Of a stretch of 64,000 nt of DNA, positions 50,125-61,200 are shown one piece after another. The notes under the pieces were generated by a model. That model did not search any database, was not told where the DNA came from, and was given only the letters and a program-made list of their open reading frames with translations. How positions within the stretch are numbered: position 1 is the stretch's first letter; each line of letters opens with the position of its first letter. Source of the DNA: Desulfobacterales bacterium (GTDB lineage Bacteria > Desulfobacterota > Desulfobacteria > Desulfobacterales > UBA2174); the NCBI GenBank assembly GCA_963668645.2, contig CAXXWC010000021.1:192001-256000 (forward strand). Reading direction: 5' to 3'. The translations under genes were made by a program, and so were the position numbers.

Positions 50125-52265
50125 TGCCACCGCGGCGATTTCCCATCAAACGCCCCCCGGCCCGCCGCGACAGGGACCGGGGCCGCGAAGAACAACGCCT
50201 TAAACCGGGGGCCGACCGCAGACTCACGCGGCTCTTCGGCCAGATCGGGGTTCCCGAAGCGTCCCCCTTCGTGCCGGATCCTTTCCAGACCGAGGCCCTC
50301 AAGGCGGTGCAAAGCGCCGACTGTCTGGTCACCGCCCCCACCGGGGCCGGTAAAACATGGATCGCCGAGCGCGCCATCGCGCAGATTTTGAAAGCCGGGG
50401 GCCGCGCCTGGTACGCCTCGCCGCTCAAGGCCCTGACCAACGCCAAATATCTCGAGTTCGGCTCGGTTTTCGGTACCGGCGCCGTGGGCATTCTCACCGG
50501 GGACCGCAAGGAAAATCCCGATGCGGCTCTGATAACGGGGACCACCGAGATCCTGCGCAATCAGCTCTACGATGCCATGCACCAGGGGATCGACCTGAAC
50601 ACCGACATAGTGGTCCTGGACGAGGCCCATTTCATGGGCGAGCCCGAGCGCGGGGTAGTCTGGGAAGAGGTGATGATCTACCTGCCGGCGCGCATCCCGC
50701 TGCTGCTGCTTTCGGCCACCATCGGCAACGCCGGCAGGATCGCCGCCTGGCTCGAGGCCATCCGCGGCCGGCGGTGTGCGGCGGTGGAAGCCAAGGGACG
50801 CCCCGTGCCCCTGGCGACCCTTTTCCTGCATCCTTCGGGCACCCTGATGCCGCTGGTGGATCGATCCGGCAAATCCGGCCGCCCGCGGCTCTACCGCAAG
50901 GTCCACGAATATGCCGCCCAGCGCCGCCCGCCCCTGCTGGCACCGCCGCGGCGCCTGCCGCCCTTTGGCCAGATCATCCAGATTCTGGCCCGGTATGACC
51001 TGCTGCCGGCCATCTTCTTTCTCAAATCCCGGGCCGACTGCGATCATGCCCTGCACCTTTGCACTGAAATTGACGCCCAGCCAGATCAGATCGCACGGCG
51101 CCGGCAGCGCCTGAGGGAATTGACCGCGGCCAGCACCCACCTGGCGGATCATCGCCAGGGATCGACGATCGTCCGATGCGGGGTGGCGGCCCATCACAGC
51201 GGCCAGTTGCCCGTCTGGAAACTGGTGGTGGAAACCCTGATGAGCGAGGGGCTGCTCACCGCCGTCTTTGCCACCTCCACCGTGGCCGCCGGGGTCAATT
51301 TCCCGGCCCGTACGGTGGTCTTTCTCAATACGGACCGCTTCAACGGGCAGGAATTCATGCCCCTGACCCCGACCGAAATCCTTCAGATGACCGGTCGCGC
51401 AGGGCGCCGCGGCATGGATCGCATCGGATTTACCCTGGCCCTGCCCGGCCCATACATGGATCTGCGCCTGGCGGCCGAGCTGCTCTCGGCTCCTCCTTCT
51501 GACATCGTCAGCCAGGTTCGGGTCGATTTTGCCATGGTGCTCAACCTGCTCCTGTCCCACAGCCCTGCCCAGATCGAAGACCTGCTGCAGCGCTCGTTCG
51601 CCGCCTTTACCGCCCCTGGCGCCGGCCACCGGCCCGGCCGCAGCCCGAGCGCAACCCACCACCTGACAGGTGATTTCCGGCGGCATCTGGCATTTTTACA
51701 GGATCACGGATACGTGGAAAAAGATGGCACCCTCACCGAGGTGGGCCGCTGGACCTCCCAACTGCGGGTGGACCAGCCCTTGCTCATCGCCGAGGGGCTG
51801 CGGCGGGGGGTCCTGCGAACCTTTGATCCCTGCCTTCTGGCCGGCCTGACGGCCAGTTTTGTGCAGGAAAAAGAAAGCGGCGAACACTTTTCCGCAGCAC
51901 ACCAGAACGTGGATCTGATGCGCGCCTGCAACCGTTTGCAGCGCGCCCTGACCCCCTTTGCCCGCGAAATGATGGGCTGCGGTTTCAGCGTGCGGCCCCT
52001 CATGCCCCAGCCGGCTGCCACGGTCCATGCCTGGGCCGGGGGCCGGGACTGGGCCGATGTGCATGCGCGCTCGGAAATGGCCGAAGGCGACCTGGTGATG
52101 CTGATTTTGCGCACCGCCGACAACCTGCGCCACATCCGCAGTCTCAAAGCCCCGTTTCCTGAGACCGCCGCGGCCGCGGCTCTGGCCGTGGAACGGCTGC
52201 TGCGTGATCCGGTGGCCATGGCCTATGAAATGCCGCAGGATGGGCAGGCCGAAAAAGAGCAATAA
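50124..52265 (+). CDS. Ski2-like (HelY-type) DEAH-box RNA helicase
   Basis: DPFQ, APTGAGKT, SPLKALTN, LDEAH, LSAT, HHSG, QMTGRAGRRG. Confidence 0.9.
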   Translation: MPPRRFPIKRPPARRDRDRGREEQRLKPGADRRLTRLFGQIGVPEASPFVPDPFQTEALKAVQSADCLVTAPTGAGKTWIAERAIAQILKAGGRAWYASPLKALTNAKYLEFGSVFGTGAVGILTGDRKENPDAALITGTTEILRNQLYDAMHQGIDLNTDIVVLDEAHFMGEPERGVVWEEVMIYLPARIPLLLLSATIGNAGRIAAWLEAIRGRRCAAVEAKGRPVPLATLFLHPSGTLMPLVDRSGKSGRPRLYRKVHEYAAQRRPPLLAPPRRLPPFGQIIQILARYDLLPAIFFLKSRADCDHALHLCTEIDAQPDQIARRRQRLRELTAASTHLADHRQGSTIVRCGVAAHHSGQLPVWKLVVETLMSEGLLTAVFATSTVAAGVNFPARTVVFLNTDRFNGQEFMPLTPTEILQMTGRAGRRGMDRIGFTLALPGPYMDLRLAAELLSAPPSDIVSQVRVDFAMVLNLLLSHSPAQIEDLLQRSFAAFTAPGAGHRPGRSPSATHHLTGDFRRHLAFLQDHGYVEKDGTLTEVGRWTSQLRVDQPLLIAEGLRRGVLRTFDPCLLAGLTASFVQEKESGEHFSAAHQNVDLMRACNRLQRALTPFAREMMGCGFSVRPLMPQPAATVHAWAGGRDWADVHARSEMAEGDLVMLILRTADNLRHIRSLKAPFPETAAAAALAVERLLRDPVAMAYEMPQDGQAEKEQ

Positions 52266-52272
52266 GGCTGGG

Positions 52273-52899
52273 TCAGTTTGGGGTGTCGAGGTTCCGCGTT
52301 TCCACTTGGCCGCAGCACGCCGAAAAATCCCGCAGGGCATCGGCCAGTTCCTCGGGCCCCAAATGGTGGTCGGCATCCTGCGGATCCAGGCCCAACCCTT
52401 GGAATATCTTGGCCTCCAGGCATTCGGTTTCCCGCCACAGGGCGCGGATCCGTTCCTGCCGCTCCAGGCTGGTCCCGTACCGCTCCAGGATGTCCGCCAT
52501 GCGCCGGGGCATGGAAACGATGCGGTCGTGCATTACCCGTTTGTCGGCATAATTGATCAACTCGGTCTCTTGCAGGGGACCGCCGGCATCGAAGGCCTCC
52601 AGGGCCACATGCTGGGCCACGAGGCGCCCCACATGTCCGAATCCCAGCGCCTCCAGGTAGGCTTGGCCGGACAGGGCGTGATTTTCTCCGGTGGCAAAGC
52701 TGCGGGTCTTGGTAATGTCGTGCAGCAGCGCGCCGGCCTGCACCAGCTGGCGGTTCAACCGTTTCCCGCCATGACCGTTTGCAGCGTCACAGATCCACAG
52801 CGCCACCCGGCTGACCTGGATCGAATGGGCCGCGATATGGGGCATCATCTCCATGGCGGCCATCATCCGATAGCATTCATGACGTGAAGGTATTTCCAT
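52273..52899 (-). CDS. HD-domain protein
   Basis: AHS...LLHDITK...H...HV...YADKRV. Confidence 0.85.
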   Translation of the reverse strand: MEIPSRHECYRMMAAMEMMPHIAAHSIQVSRVALWICDAANGHGGKRLNRQLVQAGALLHDITKTRSFATGENHALSGQAYLEALGFGHVGRLVAQHVALEAFDAGGPLQETELINYADKRVMHDRIVSMPRRMADILERYGTSLERQERIRALWRETECLEAKIFQGLGLDPQDADHHLGPEELADALRDFSACCGQVETRNLDTPN

Positions 52900-52941
52900 A
52901 GCACTTCAAAAAATTGAAATTTTTATCGTTGTTCCAGGCAG

Positions 52942-53322
52942 TTAGCCAGCAGCACAGATGGCAGACACCTCGACGCTGACATCCTTGGGCAGGCGGGCCA
53001 CCTGAACGCATTCGCGAGCCGGCGGGCATTGGACGAAGGTCTCGGCGTAGATCGCGTTAAACTGGGAGAAATCTTCCATATCCTTTAAAAAACAGGTGCA
53101 TTTGACCACGTTGGCCACCGTGAAACCGGCGGCCCGGATGATGGCCATCAGGTTGGTCAAAACCTGGCGCGTCTGGGCTTCGATGTCGCCATCGATCAGT
53201 TCCCCGGTAACTGGGTCCACGGGTATCTGGCCGGAGACGAAAAGCAGGTCTCCGCAACGCACCGCCTGGCTGTAAGGTCCGATAGCAGCCGGTGCGTCGG
53301 GAGTGTCGATAATCGTATGCAT
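52942..53322 (-). CDS. ridA: RidA/YjgF family enamine deaminase
   Basis: APAAIGPYSQA, SGQIP, PARECV (catalytic Arg), LPKDVSVEV. Confidence 0.88.
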   Translation of the reverse strand: MHTIIDTPDAPAAIGPYSQAVRCGDLLFVSGQIPVDPVTGELIDGDIEAQTRQVLTNLMAIIRAAGFTVANVVKCTCFLKDMEDFSQFNAIYAETFVQCPPARECVQVARLPKDVSVEVSAICAAG

Positions 53323-53577
53323 GACAAATTCCTTTCTTTGGCAATCGGTTTTTGAAGACAGCTTAACGCAAAAAAAAAAGTTTTGGAACCGGAGGGGGCA
53401 AAAAGTGAAATGGGGTCAACCGCTGCATGGCCTCTTTTGACAGCCGCATTTAAGAAAGATATGCTCCTTGCGGTACCGAAACGCCTGACCGGCGGCGCCT
53501 TGCGTCCCGGTGCGCCGGGGGCTGCGCTGATGTGTCGAAAGCACGCCTGACACCCTCCAACGAAAGGATGCAACCAA

Positions 53578-54694
53578 GTGGCCGGGAAAACGCAATTCCC
53601 AGCATACGAAAAAAACAGACTCCGCCCCACGGGACGCCTCGGATATCTACGAACACGAGGAAAAAGGGATCGTCCAGACCCTGTCGGAGGAGTTCCAGCG
53701 GCTCGCGGACCGGTCCCAGGATGCGATTTACCAGTTCGATCTGGGGTCACAGACCTTCACCTTCTTTAACAAATACTTTCTACAAGTCTATGGCACGGAC
53801 AAGAAAAGCGGCAAGACCCTTTCGATCGAAAACGTAATCTCCCGCATCCACCCCGATGATCGGCTTCGCGCCCAGGCCGCCCAGCGGGACACGATCAGAA
53901 GCGGCGGCCGTGAGGGGGAAATCGACTACCGGATCTTGAATGAAGACGGTTCGATCCAATGGGTGGAGGACAAATGGACGATCATCCGCGATGCCGCCGG
54001 TTATGCCATCGCCATCGAAGGCTTCATCCGCGACAATACCCGCCGCAGACAGGCCGAGGATGAATTCATCCTGAGCATCCAGAACTCGCCTATCGGCTGT
54101 TATATCGTCCAGGATGCAAAATTCGTTTTCGTCAATCCAGAGTTTATGCGCATCACCGGCTATAGTGAAAGCGCCCTTCTCGGGACCTATCCACTGGACA
54201 TCGTCCATCCGGACTACCGGGAGTATGTCCGGGCCAGTTTTATCCGCATGCTGAAACGGCAGATAGATTTTCCATACGAATTTCAAATTGTTGACCGAGA
54301 CCGCCAAATCAAGTGGATCGCGGAAACCGCCACCCCGATCCGGTTCAAGAACCACAGGGCCGGGCTTGGCTATTTCATGGATATCACCAAACGTAAAACG
54401 GCCGAACAGGAGATTCTGGAAAAAGAAAAACTGAAAGCGATCCTGGAATTGGCCGGCGCGGTGGGGCATGAACTGAACAACCCGCTGCAGGTCATCGTGA
54501 CCTGCTCGGAGCAATTGAAGAAAGCCGCCCCGCCAGACCCGCAAAGCGGCAAGCTCTACCGCTTGATGGAGAAGAACATTCAGTTGCTCAAGAAAAAAAT
54601 CAACAAGATCCAGAACATTACCCGCTATGCGGCCAAGGACTACGTTCAGGGACAGAAGATTTTCGACATCGATGCGGGCTCGGATGAAAATTAG
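53578..54694 (+). pseudogene. PAS-PAS-HisKA protein lacking HATPase; 5' end out of frame at an A7 run or using a non-canonical start
   Basis: PAS-like reading (EEFQRLADRSQDAIYQFD...RIHPDDR) continues about 110 codons upstream of the track's TTG 53936 with no in-frame ATG/GTG/TTG. H-box GAVGHELNNPL; protein ends about 70 aa later. Confidence 0.6.
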
Positions 54695-54780
54695 CGCTTT
54701 TTCCAAAATGCGACTTCAACCTGCAGCGGATCTGCGGTGTGGATCTCGGGCCGATGGGCGATAAAGCAAACCAAGTCTCG

Positions 54781-55674
54781 ATGGGCCTTGACCCGCTGGT
54801 GGACCGGTACCTGAACTATCTTCTGGTGGAAAAGGGGCTGGGCGCCAAAACCCTCGAGGCCTATGGATCGGACCTGGCGCGGCATCTCGATTACCTCAAC
54901 GCCGCCGGTATCCGGAGCCCTGCCGCGGTGGACAAGGCCGTGCTGCTGCGCTACGTGCTGCACCTGCGGGCCGAGGGGCTGGGGCCGCGTTCACGGGCCC
55001 GACACCTGTCGGCCCTGCGCGGATTTTATCGTTTCCTGGTTCAGGAAAAAATCCTCCAGGCCGACCCGATCAGCACCATCGAGATGCCCAAAACAGGGCT
55101 GAAACTTCCCGATGTACTCTCAAGACAGGATGTGCAACGCCTTCTGGAGGTCGAGGAGCCGCCTTCGCCCGCTGCCTTGCGCAACGCGGCGATGGTCGAA
55201 ACACTCTACGCCGCCGGATTGCGGGTCTCTGAACTGGTGGCACTGCGGGTGCAGGATTTGAACCTGGAGGCGGGATTCGTGAGGGTCTGGGGCAAAGGCG
55301 CCAAGGAGCGGGTGGTGCCCATCGGCTCCCATGCCCGGCAAAAGGTCGCCACCTACCTGCAGGAAGGCCGTCCCCGGCTCCTCGGCGGCCGGACCAGCCC
55401 CTTTCTTTTTGTGGCGCGTGCAGCCCGCCCCATGACCCGCCAGGGGTTCTGGAAGATGCTCAACCGGCGGGCTGCGGCGGCGGGGATCCGCCAGGCGATA
55501 AGCCCTCACAGCCTGCGCCATTCCTTTGCCACTCACCTTCTCGAAGGCGGTGCGGATCTTCGGGCGGTGCAGATGATGCTCGGCCACACGGACATTTCCA
55601 CCACCCAGATCTACACCCACGTCGCCCGCGACCGGCTTAAGAAAATCCACCAAAAGTATCATCCGCGCGGTTGA
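54781..55674 (+). CDS. xerD: Site-specific tyrosine recombinase XerD
   Basis: GLRVSEL, GKGAKERVVP, MTRQGFW, SPHSLRHSFATHLLEGGADLRAVQMMLGH, STTQIYTHV, HPRG. Start uncertain (54754 possible). Confidence 0.93.
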   Translation: MGLDPLVDRYLNYLLVEKGLGAKTLEAYGSDLARHLDYLNAAGIRSPAAVDKAVLLRYVLHLRAEGLGPRSRARHLSALRGFYRFLVQEKILQADPISTIEMPKTGLKLPDVLSRQDVQRLLEVEEPPSPAALRNAAMVETLYAAGLRVSELVALRVQDLNLEAGFVRVWGKGAKERVVPIGSHARQKVATYLQEGRPRLLGGRTSPFLFVARAARPMTRQGFWKMLNRRAAAAGIRQAISPHSLRHSFATHLLEGGADLRAVQMMLGHTDISTTQIYTHVARDRLKKIHQKYHPRG

Positions 55675-55830
55675 CAAACACGTCCATTCGAGGGAATGGG
55701 AAAAGCCGAATCGCTTTGCCAAGCCCGCTGCCGGGTTGGATCACCGAAGCGTGCTCAATCTTGGATCGGGGCTCCCCAGGGCCTTTCATATCGCGCAACG
55801 GCGCCATCATTTTCGAAGAAAGGTATTCTG

Positions 55831-57489
55831 ATGGCAAATTCTTCCATCGGCTGGTGGATCCCGTCCGGGCATCTGCCCCAATCCGATCCGGAGGCCTTGG
55901 CTGAGGCCATCCGCCGGATCGACAACCCGGTCTTTGTCGTCCGCCAGGGGCAGCAAACAGCCGCTGCCGGCACGGGCCAAGCCCTGATCGGAAACGACAT
56001 CGATCCGCCTGCCGGGGCCTTGCCGCTGTTGGCCTACGTCCCCCCTCTCCGGCCGTCCGATCTGGGCGAGGCGCACTTTCGGGCCGAACACGGCCTGCGT
56101 TATGCCTATATCTGCGGGGCCATGGCCAACGGAATCACTTCCGAGGCCATGCTCGAGGCGGCGGACCGGGCCGGTATGATGGGCTATTTCGGTGCCGCCG
56201 GCCTTTCGCCGTCACGGGTTGAGGCGGCCATCGACACCCTGCAAACCCGCCTTCCACAAGGGCACTATGGGTTCAACCTGATCCACAGCCCCAACGACAC
56301 GGCCCTGGAAACCGCCATCGTGGATCTTTACCTGCGCAGGGGCGTCAGACGGGTCAGCGCCTCGGCCTACCTTCGCCTGACGCCCCAGATCGTGCGCTAC
56401 CGGGTCAGCGGTATCCACCGCGACCCCAGCGGACAGGTGGTCTGTCCCAACCGCATCAAGGCCAAGGTATCCCGCGTCGAGGTGGCCGGACGCTTTTTCG
56501 CGCCTCCGCCCGATAAAATCCTGGCGACCCTGGTCCAGCAGGGGCATATCAGCGCCGAACAGGCATCCATGGCGGCCCAGATCCCCATGGCCGAAGACCT
56601 CACCGCCGAGGCCGATTCCGGCGGTCACACGGACAACCGGCCGGCCCTGGCCCTGCTGCCCACCATGCTGGCGCTGCGCGACGCGTCCATGGCGCGCCAT
56701 AATTTCCGCCGCCCGCTTTGCGTGGGCCTTGGCGGAGGCATCGCCACCCCCCAGGCTACGGCCGCGGCCTTTGCCATGGGGGCGGCCTATGTACTGGCCG
56801 GCAGCGTACACCAGGCGTGCATCGAATCGGGAACCACCGACCAGGTGCGCCGCATGCTGGCCGAAGCCGGACAGGCCGACGTGGTGATGGCCCCGGCGGC
56901 GGATATGTTCGAAATGGGCGTCAAGGTCCAGGTGCTCAAGCGCGGCACCTTGTTTTCCGTACGCGCCGCCAAGCTCTACGATTTGTACCGGCGTTACGAG
57001 AACTGGGAACAAATCCCGATAAAGGATCGCAATCAGGTTGAAAAGGATATCCTGCGGGCCGGCTTCGAAGAGACCTGGCAGCAGACGGCGGCTTTTTTCG
57101 CCGATCGGGATCCGGCCCAGGTGGAGCGCGCCCAACGGGATCCCCGCCATCGCATGGCCCTGGTGTTTCGCGCCTATTTGGGGCTCAGTTCAAAGTGGCC
57201 GGTAAACGGCCGGGACGATCGGCGCATCGATTTTCAGATCTGGTGCGGACCGTCCATGGGGGCTTTCAACGAATGGGTGCGCGGTTCTTTTCTCGAGCCG
57301 CCAGAGCAGCGGGATACCGCCACAGTGGCGCTTAACCTGCTCTATGGCGCTTGCGTGACCACGCGGCTCAACGTCCTGACCCGGGCCGGTATCCGTATAG
57401 ATCCCCAAAGCGCCCGCATCGATCCTTTGCCCCTTGAACGGATCCGGGCCTATCTCGATGCAGATCCCGAAGGAGGGCAAGCGCCATAA
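55831..57489 (+). CDS. pfaD: PfaD-family FMN-dependent enoyl reductase
   Basis: GAMANGI, FNLIHSP, AKVSRVEVA, EADSGGHTDNRP, APAADMFEMGVKVQVLKRG, QIWCGP. Confidence 0.93.
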   Translation: MANSSIGWWIPSGHLPQSDPEALAEAIRRIDNPVFVVRQGQQTAAAGTGQALIGNDIDPPAGALPLLAYVPPLRPSDLGEAHFRAEHGLRYAYICGAMANGITSEAMLEAADRAGMMGYFGAAGLSPSRVEAAIDTLQTRLPQGHYGFNLIHSPNDTALETAIVDLYLRRGVRRVSASAYLRLTPQIVRYRVSGIHRDPSGQVVCPNRIKAKVSRVEVAGRFFAPPPDKILATLVQQGHISAEQASMAAQIPMAEDLTAEADSGGHTDNRPALALLPTMLALRDASMARHNFRRPLCVGLGGGIATPQATAAAFAMGAAYVLAGSVHQACIESGTTDQVRRMLAEAGQADVVMAPAADMFEMGVKVQVLKRGTLFSVRAAKLYDLYRRYENWEQIPIKDRNQVEKDILRAGFEETWQQTAAFFADRDPAQVERAQRDPRHRMALVFRAYLGLSSKWPVNGRDDRRIDFQIWCGPSMGAFNEWVRGSFLEPPEQRDTATVALNLLYGACVTTRLNVLTRAGIRIDPQSARIDPLPLERIRAYLDADPEGGQAP

Positions 57490-57516
57490 AGGTTATATAG
57501 TCAAGCTAATAACTGG

Positions 57517-58077
57517 TCAAGCCGTCCAGGCTTCCACTTTTTGCTGAAACTCGTCTAATAGGGTGGAAATGCGCAGGGTACGGCAGATCACATCGTTTTC
57601 GCAAATCAGGGAGCAAGCGCTGCAAGGCCGGATCTCTTCTTCGGCCCATCGCTCTTCCCACAGAGCCGGCGGCCCCTGTTGGATGCAACAGCGCGAGACG
57701 AGCCGCCTTGCATGGTAGCCGAAACCGCCGTTGACCGTGTAAATGCGAATCTCCCGGGCAAGGCAGGCCGGTTGTGGATCAAGGGGAACCCGACGCTGGC
57801 CGCGCATATCGAAGCATAGCCCTTCCTGCTCCATCCACGGGGCCAGGTCGGTCAGAATCTGCCGGGCATCACGGACCGAAAGATTCAGCCAGGCCACCAT
57901 ATGACCTCCGAGGTAGGTCCGAAATGCATCGTCGAGGTAATACTGACGCGCATACCCCGACTGTCTGCCCGCCAGCGGGTCCGGAGGCAGAAACTCGCGC
58001 GACCATCGCTTCCAGCGGGCCAGGTTGACGCCCAAGCGCGTCGCCAGATCACGGTTGTTTAAGAGGATGATGCCCAT
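57517..58077 (-). CDS. Hypothetical protein with a MerR-like N-terminal HTH
   Basis: LATRLGVNLARWKRWSREFLP...GYARQY resembles the MerR HTH and wing; fills the gap between pfaD and pfaA. Confidence 0.6.
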   Translation of the reverse strand: MGIILLNNRDLATRLGVNLARWKRWSREFLPPDPLAGRQSGYARQYYLDDAFRTYLGGHMVAWLNLSVRDARQILTDLAPWMEQEGLCFDMRGQRRVPLDPQPACLAREIRIYTVNGGFGYHARRLVSRCCIQQGPPALWEERWAEEEIRPCSACSLICENDVICRTLRISTLLDEFQQKVEAWTA

Positions 58078-58258
58078 AAAAAGCCTGTCAAGTTGCTAGC
58101 CCTATAGAGCAAGTCTTTGCTGGTTGTCAACTGGTTCTAAAATCGTTATAAAAGAAAGCCGTCAGCCGACGTCGCTTTTTCACAAGCGTCTGTCGAATCG
58201 TCGTAAAATATTAACAATCCCGCCGCCCGGCCATAAAGGACGGGCGTGTTTGAGCGTC

Positions 58259-61200
58259 ATGACCGATAGCGAAAAATCGTCTCCCTGTCCAGTCACCCAG
58301 CCTGTAGCCATCGTCGGCATGGGCTGTATCTTTCCCAAAGCGTCCGGCCTCAAGGCCTATTGGCGCCTCGTATGGCGCGGCCAGGACGCCATCGGACCGG
58401 TACCCCCCACCCACTGGTCCGCGGCGGATTACTACGATCCGGATCCCCGGCGGCCGGACCATGTCCACTGCCAGCGCGGCGGATTCATCGATCCGGTCGA
58501 TTTCGACCCCACCGAATTCGGAATTCCGCCGGCGGTCATCGAGGCCACCGACACCAGCCAGCTTTTGAGTCTGGTGGCGGCCCGCATGGCACTGCAAGAC
58601 GCCGGCTACGGCCCGGGCCAGCGCTCCTTCGACCGGGAACGCACCGGTGTGGTGCTGGGGGTCACGGGAACCCAGGAACTGGTCATCCCCCTGGGCGCCC
58701 GCCTGGGCCACCCGCATTGGCGCCGGGCCATGATCGAGGCGGGCATCGATCCGAAATCGGCCGAACGGGCTGTGGAATTGATCGCCGGAAGCTACGTCGG
58801 CTGGCAGGAAGCATCTTTTCCCGGCCTGCTGGGCAATGTGGTGGCCGGGCGCATCAGCAACCGCTTCGATCTGGGGGGCACCAACTGCGCGGTGGATGCG
58901 GCCTGTGCCAGCTCCTTTGCCGCTTTGAACCTGGCCCTGCTCGAGCTATGGGCCGGGCGCAGCGACATGGTTCTGACCGGAGGGGCCGATCTGCTCAACG
59001 ACATCTTCATGCACATGTGCTTTGCCAAGACGCAGATCCTGTCGCCCAGCGGCGATGCGCGCCCCTTTTCCAGCGATGCGGACGGAACGGTGCTCGGCGA
59101 AGGGGTGGGCATCGTGGTGCTCAAACCCCTGCCCCTGGCCGAACGGGACGGGGACCGGATCTATGCGGTAATCCGCGGCATCGGAGCTTCCAGCGACGGG
59201 CGCTCCAACAGCATCTACGCCCCGCGCCCCGAGGGGCAGCAGCGGGCCCTCGCGCGGGCCTACACCCATGCCGGAATCGATCCGGATAGCGTGGAACTCA
59301 TCGAGGCCCACGGCACCGGCACCCGGGTTGGCGACCAGGTTGAGATCAAGGCCCTGGGGCAGATTTTTCACCGCCAATCGCGCACCGCGCGTTGCGCCCT
59401 GGGATCGGTCAAGTCGATGATCGGCCATACCAAGGCCGCCGCCGGCGCCGCCGGCCTGATCAAGGCGGCCCTGGCTCTCTATTACAAGGTCCTGCCGCCG
59501 ACGCTGAAGATCGATCGTCCGGACCCCGGCCTGGAATTGGATCAGAGCCCGTTTTACCTGAACACCGCGGCCCGTCCCTGGATCGGCCGCCCCGGCAGCC
59601 TGCGCCGCTGCGGTGTGAGCGCCTTCGGTTTCGGGGGGAGCAATTTCCATCTGGTCCTCGAAGAGCACGCCTCCCCAACAGCGCTTCCGGCCTGGGACCA
59701 AACGGTCCACCTTCTGGGCCTGTCGGCCGCCAACCCGGCCGGACTCATTGACCGGTTGGTTGCCATAGGGGCCGACCTGGGGCCTGAGCCGGACCCGGAA
59801 ACCCTCTGCCGGCTTACCCGGCTCGAAAACCAGTCCTTTGACCCGGCCGCACCCTTGCGCCTCGTCGGAGTGCTTGAAAACGCCACGGCCGCCGCGACCC
59901 TCGATGCCTTGGTCGCGGCTCTGCAAGCCCCGCCGTCGCCCAGGACCCGGTTGCCTGAAGGATGGTTTCAGGGCGCCGGACCGGCACCCGGAAAGGTGGC
60001 GGTTCTCTTCCCGGGCCAGGGAAGCCAGTATCCCCAGATGGGCCGGGATCTGGCCTGCGTCTTTCCCCAAGTCCGCCAGGCACTGGAAATCATGGCCGAC
60101 ACCTTCGGCCAAAATCCTCGCCTGGAAGACCTGATTTATCCGCCGGCGGATTTTTCAGCCGATGCAACCGAGGGCTTTACACTGGCTCTCCAGGCCACCG
60201 ACCGGGCCCAACCGGCCATCGGCGCGGTAAGCCTCGGGTGGTACCGGGTCCTTTGCGATTTCGGCCTTGATCCAGACGCCCTGGGCGGCCACAGCTTCGG
60301 AGAACTGGCGGCCCTGGCAGCCGCCGGGTGGATCGATGCGGCCACCTTCACCCGCCTGGCGGTGGCTCGCGGGCGGGCCATGGCCGACGCCGGCCGCCAG
60401 GAAGGAGACCCGGGGTCCATGCTGGCGGTCAAGGCGTCCCTGGAAGAACTCGAAAACCTGGAACTGCCCGATCCGGACCTGATCCTTGCCAACCGCAACG
60501 CTCCCAGCCAGGGCGTCTTCGCCGGCCCCACACCGGCCATCGAAAAACTGGCCGACATCTGCCAGGCCAGGGGATGGCGGGCCGTGCGCCTGCCGGTGGC
60601 GGCCGCTTTTCACAGCCGGCTGATCGACCGCGCCCAACAGCCGTTTCAGCAGGCCGTGGCCGAGGCCCGCTTCAGCACCGGCCACCGCCCGGTGTATGGC
60701 AACAGCAACGCGCTGCCCTACCCCGCTGATCCTGGCCAGGCGGCCCAAACCCTCGCCGATCAGATGCGACGTCCGGTCGATTTTGTCTCAATGGTGGAAA
60801 ACCTCTATGGCGACGGCGCGCGCATCTTCATCGAGGTCGGCCCCAGGCGGGTACTGACCGGGCTGGTGCGCTCGATTCTCGGCCGGCGCCAGCACACCGC
60901 CCTGGCCATGGACCGCTCCAACGGGCGCGGTTGCGGCATCAGGGACTTGGCCCTGACACTGGCCGAACTTTGCGCCCTGGGCGTTGCGTTGGATCTGACC
61001 GCCTGGGAGGAGACGCCACCCGATCCACCGGCCCGGCGCATGCGCATCCCCTTGTGCGGTGCCAATCACAGACCCCCGGCCCAGGCCGAGCGGTCCTGCG
61101 GTCCCAAAAACGCCGAAACCCTTCAACAAACGCCGGAAACCGGACCCGATCCCAAAGTGGATCCACCTGGCCGGGCTCCGCTCCCGGGCATGGCCGAAGC

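Noticed and set aside
54781..55674. Tyrosine recombinase as the integrase of an island or of the pfa cluster
   Set aside because: It has full XerD signatures (MTRQGFW, HPRG end), so it is the housekeeping dif recombinase; no att sites were seen nearby.
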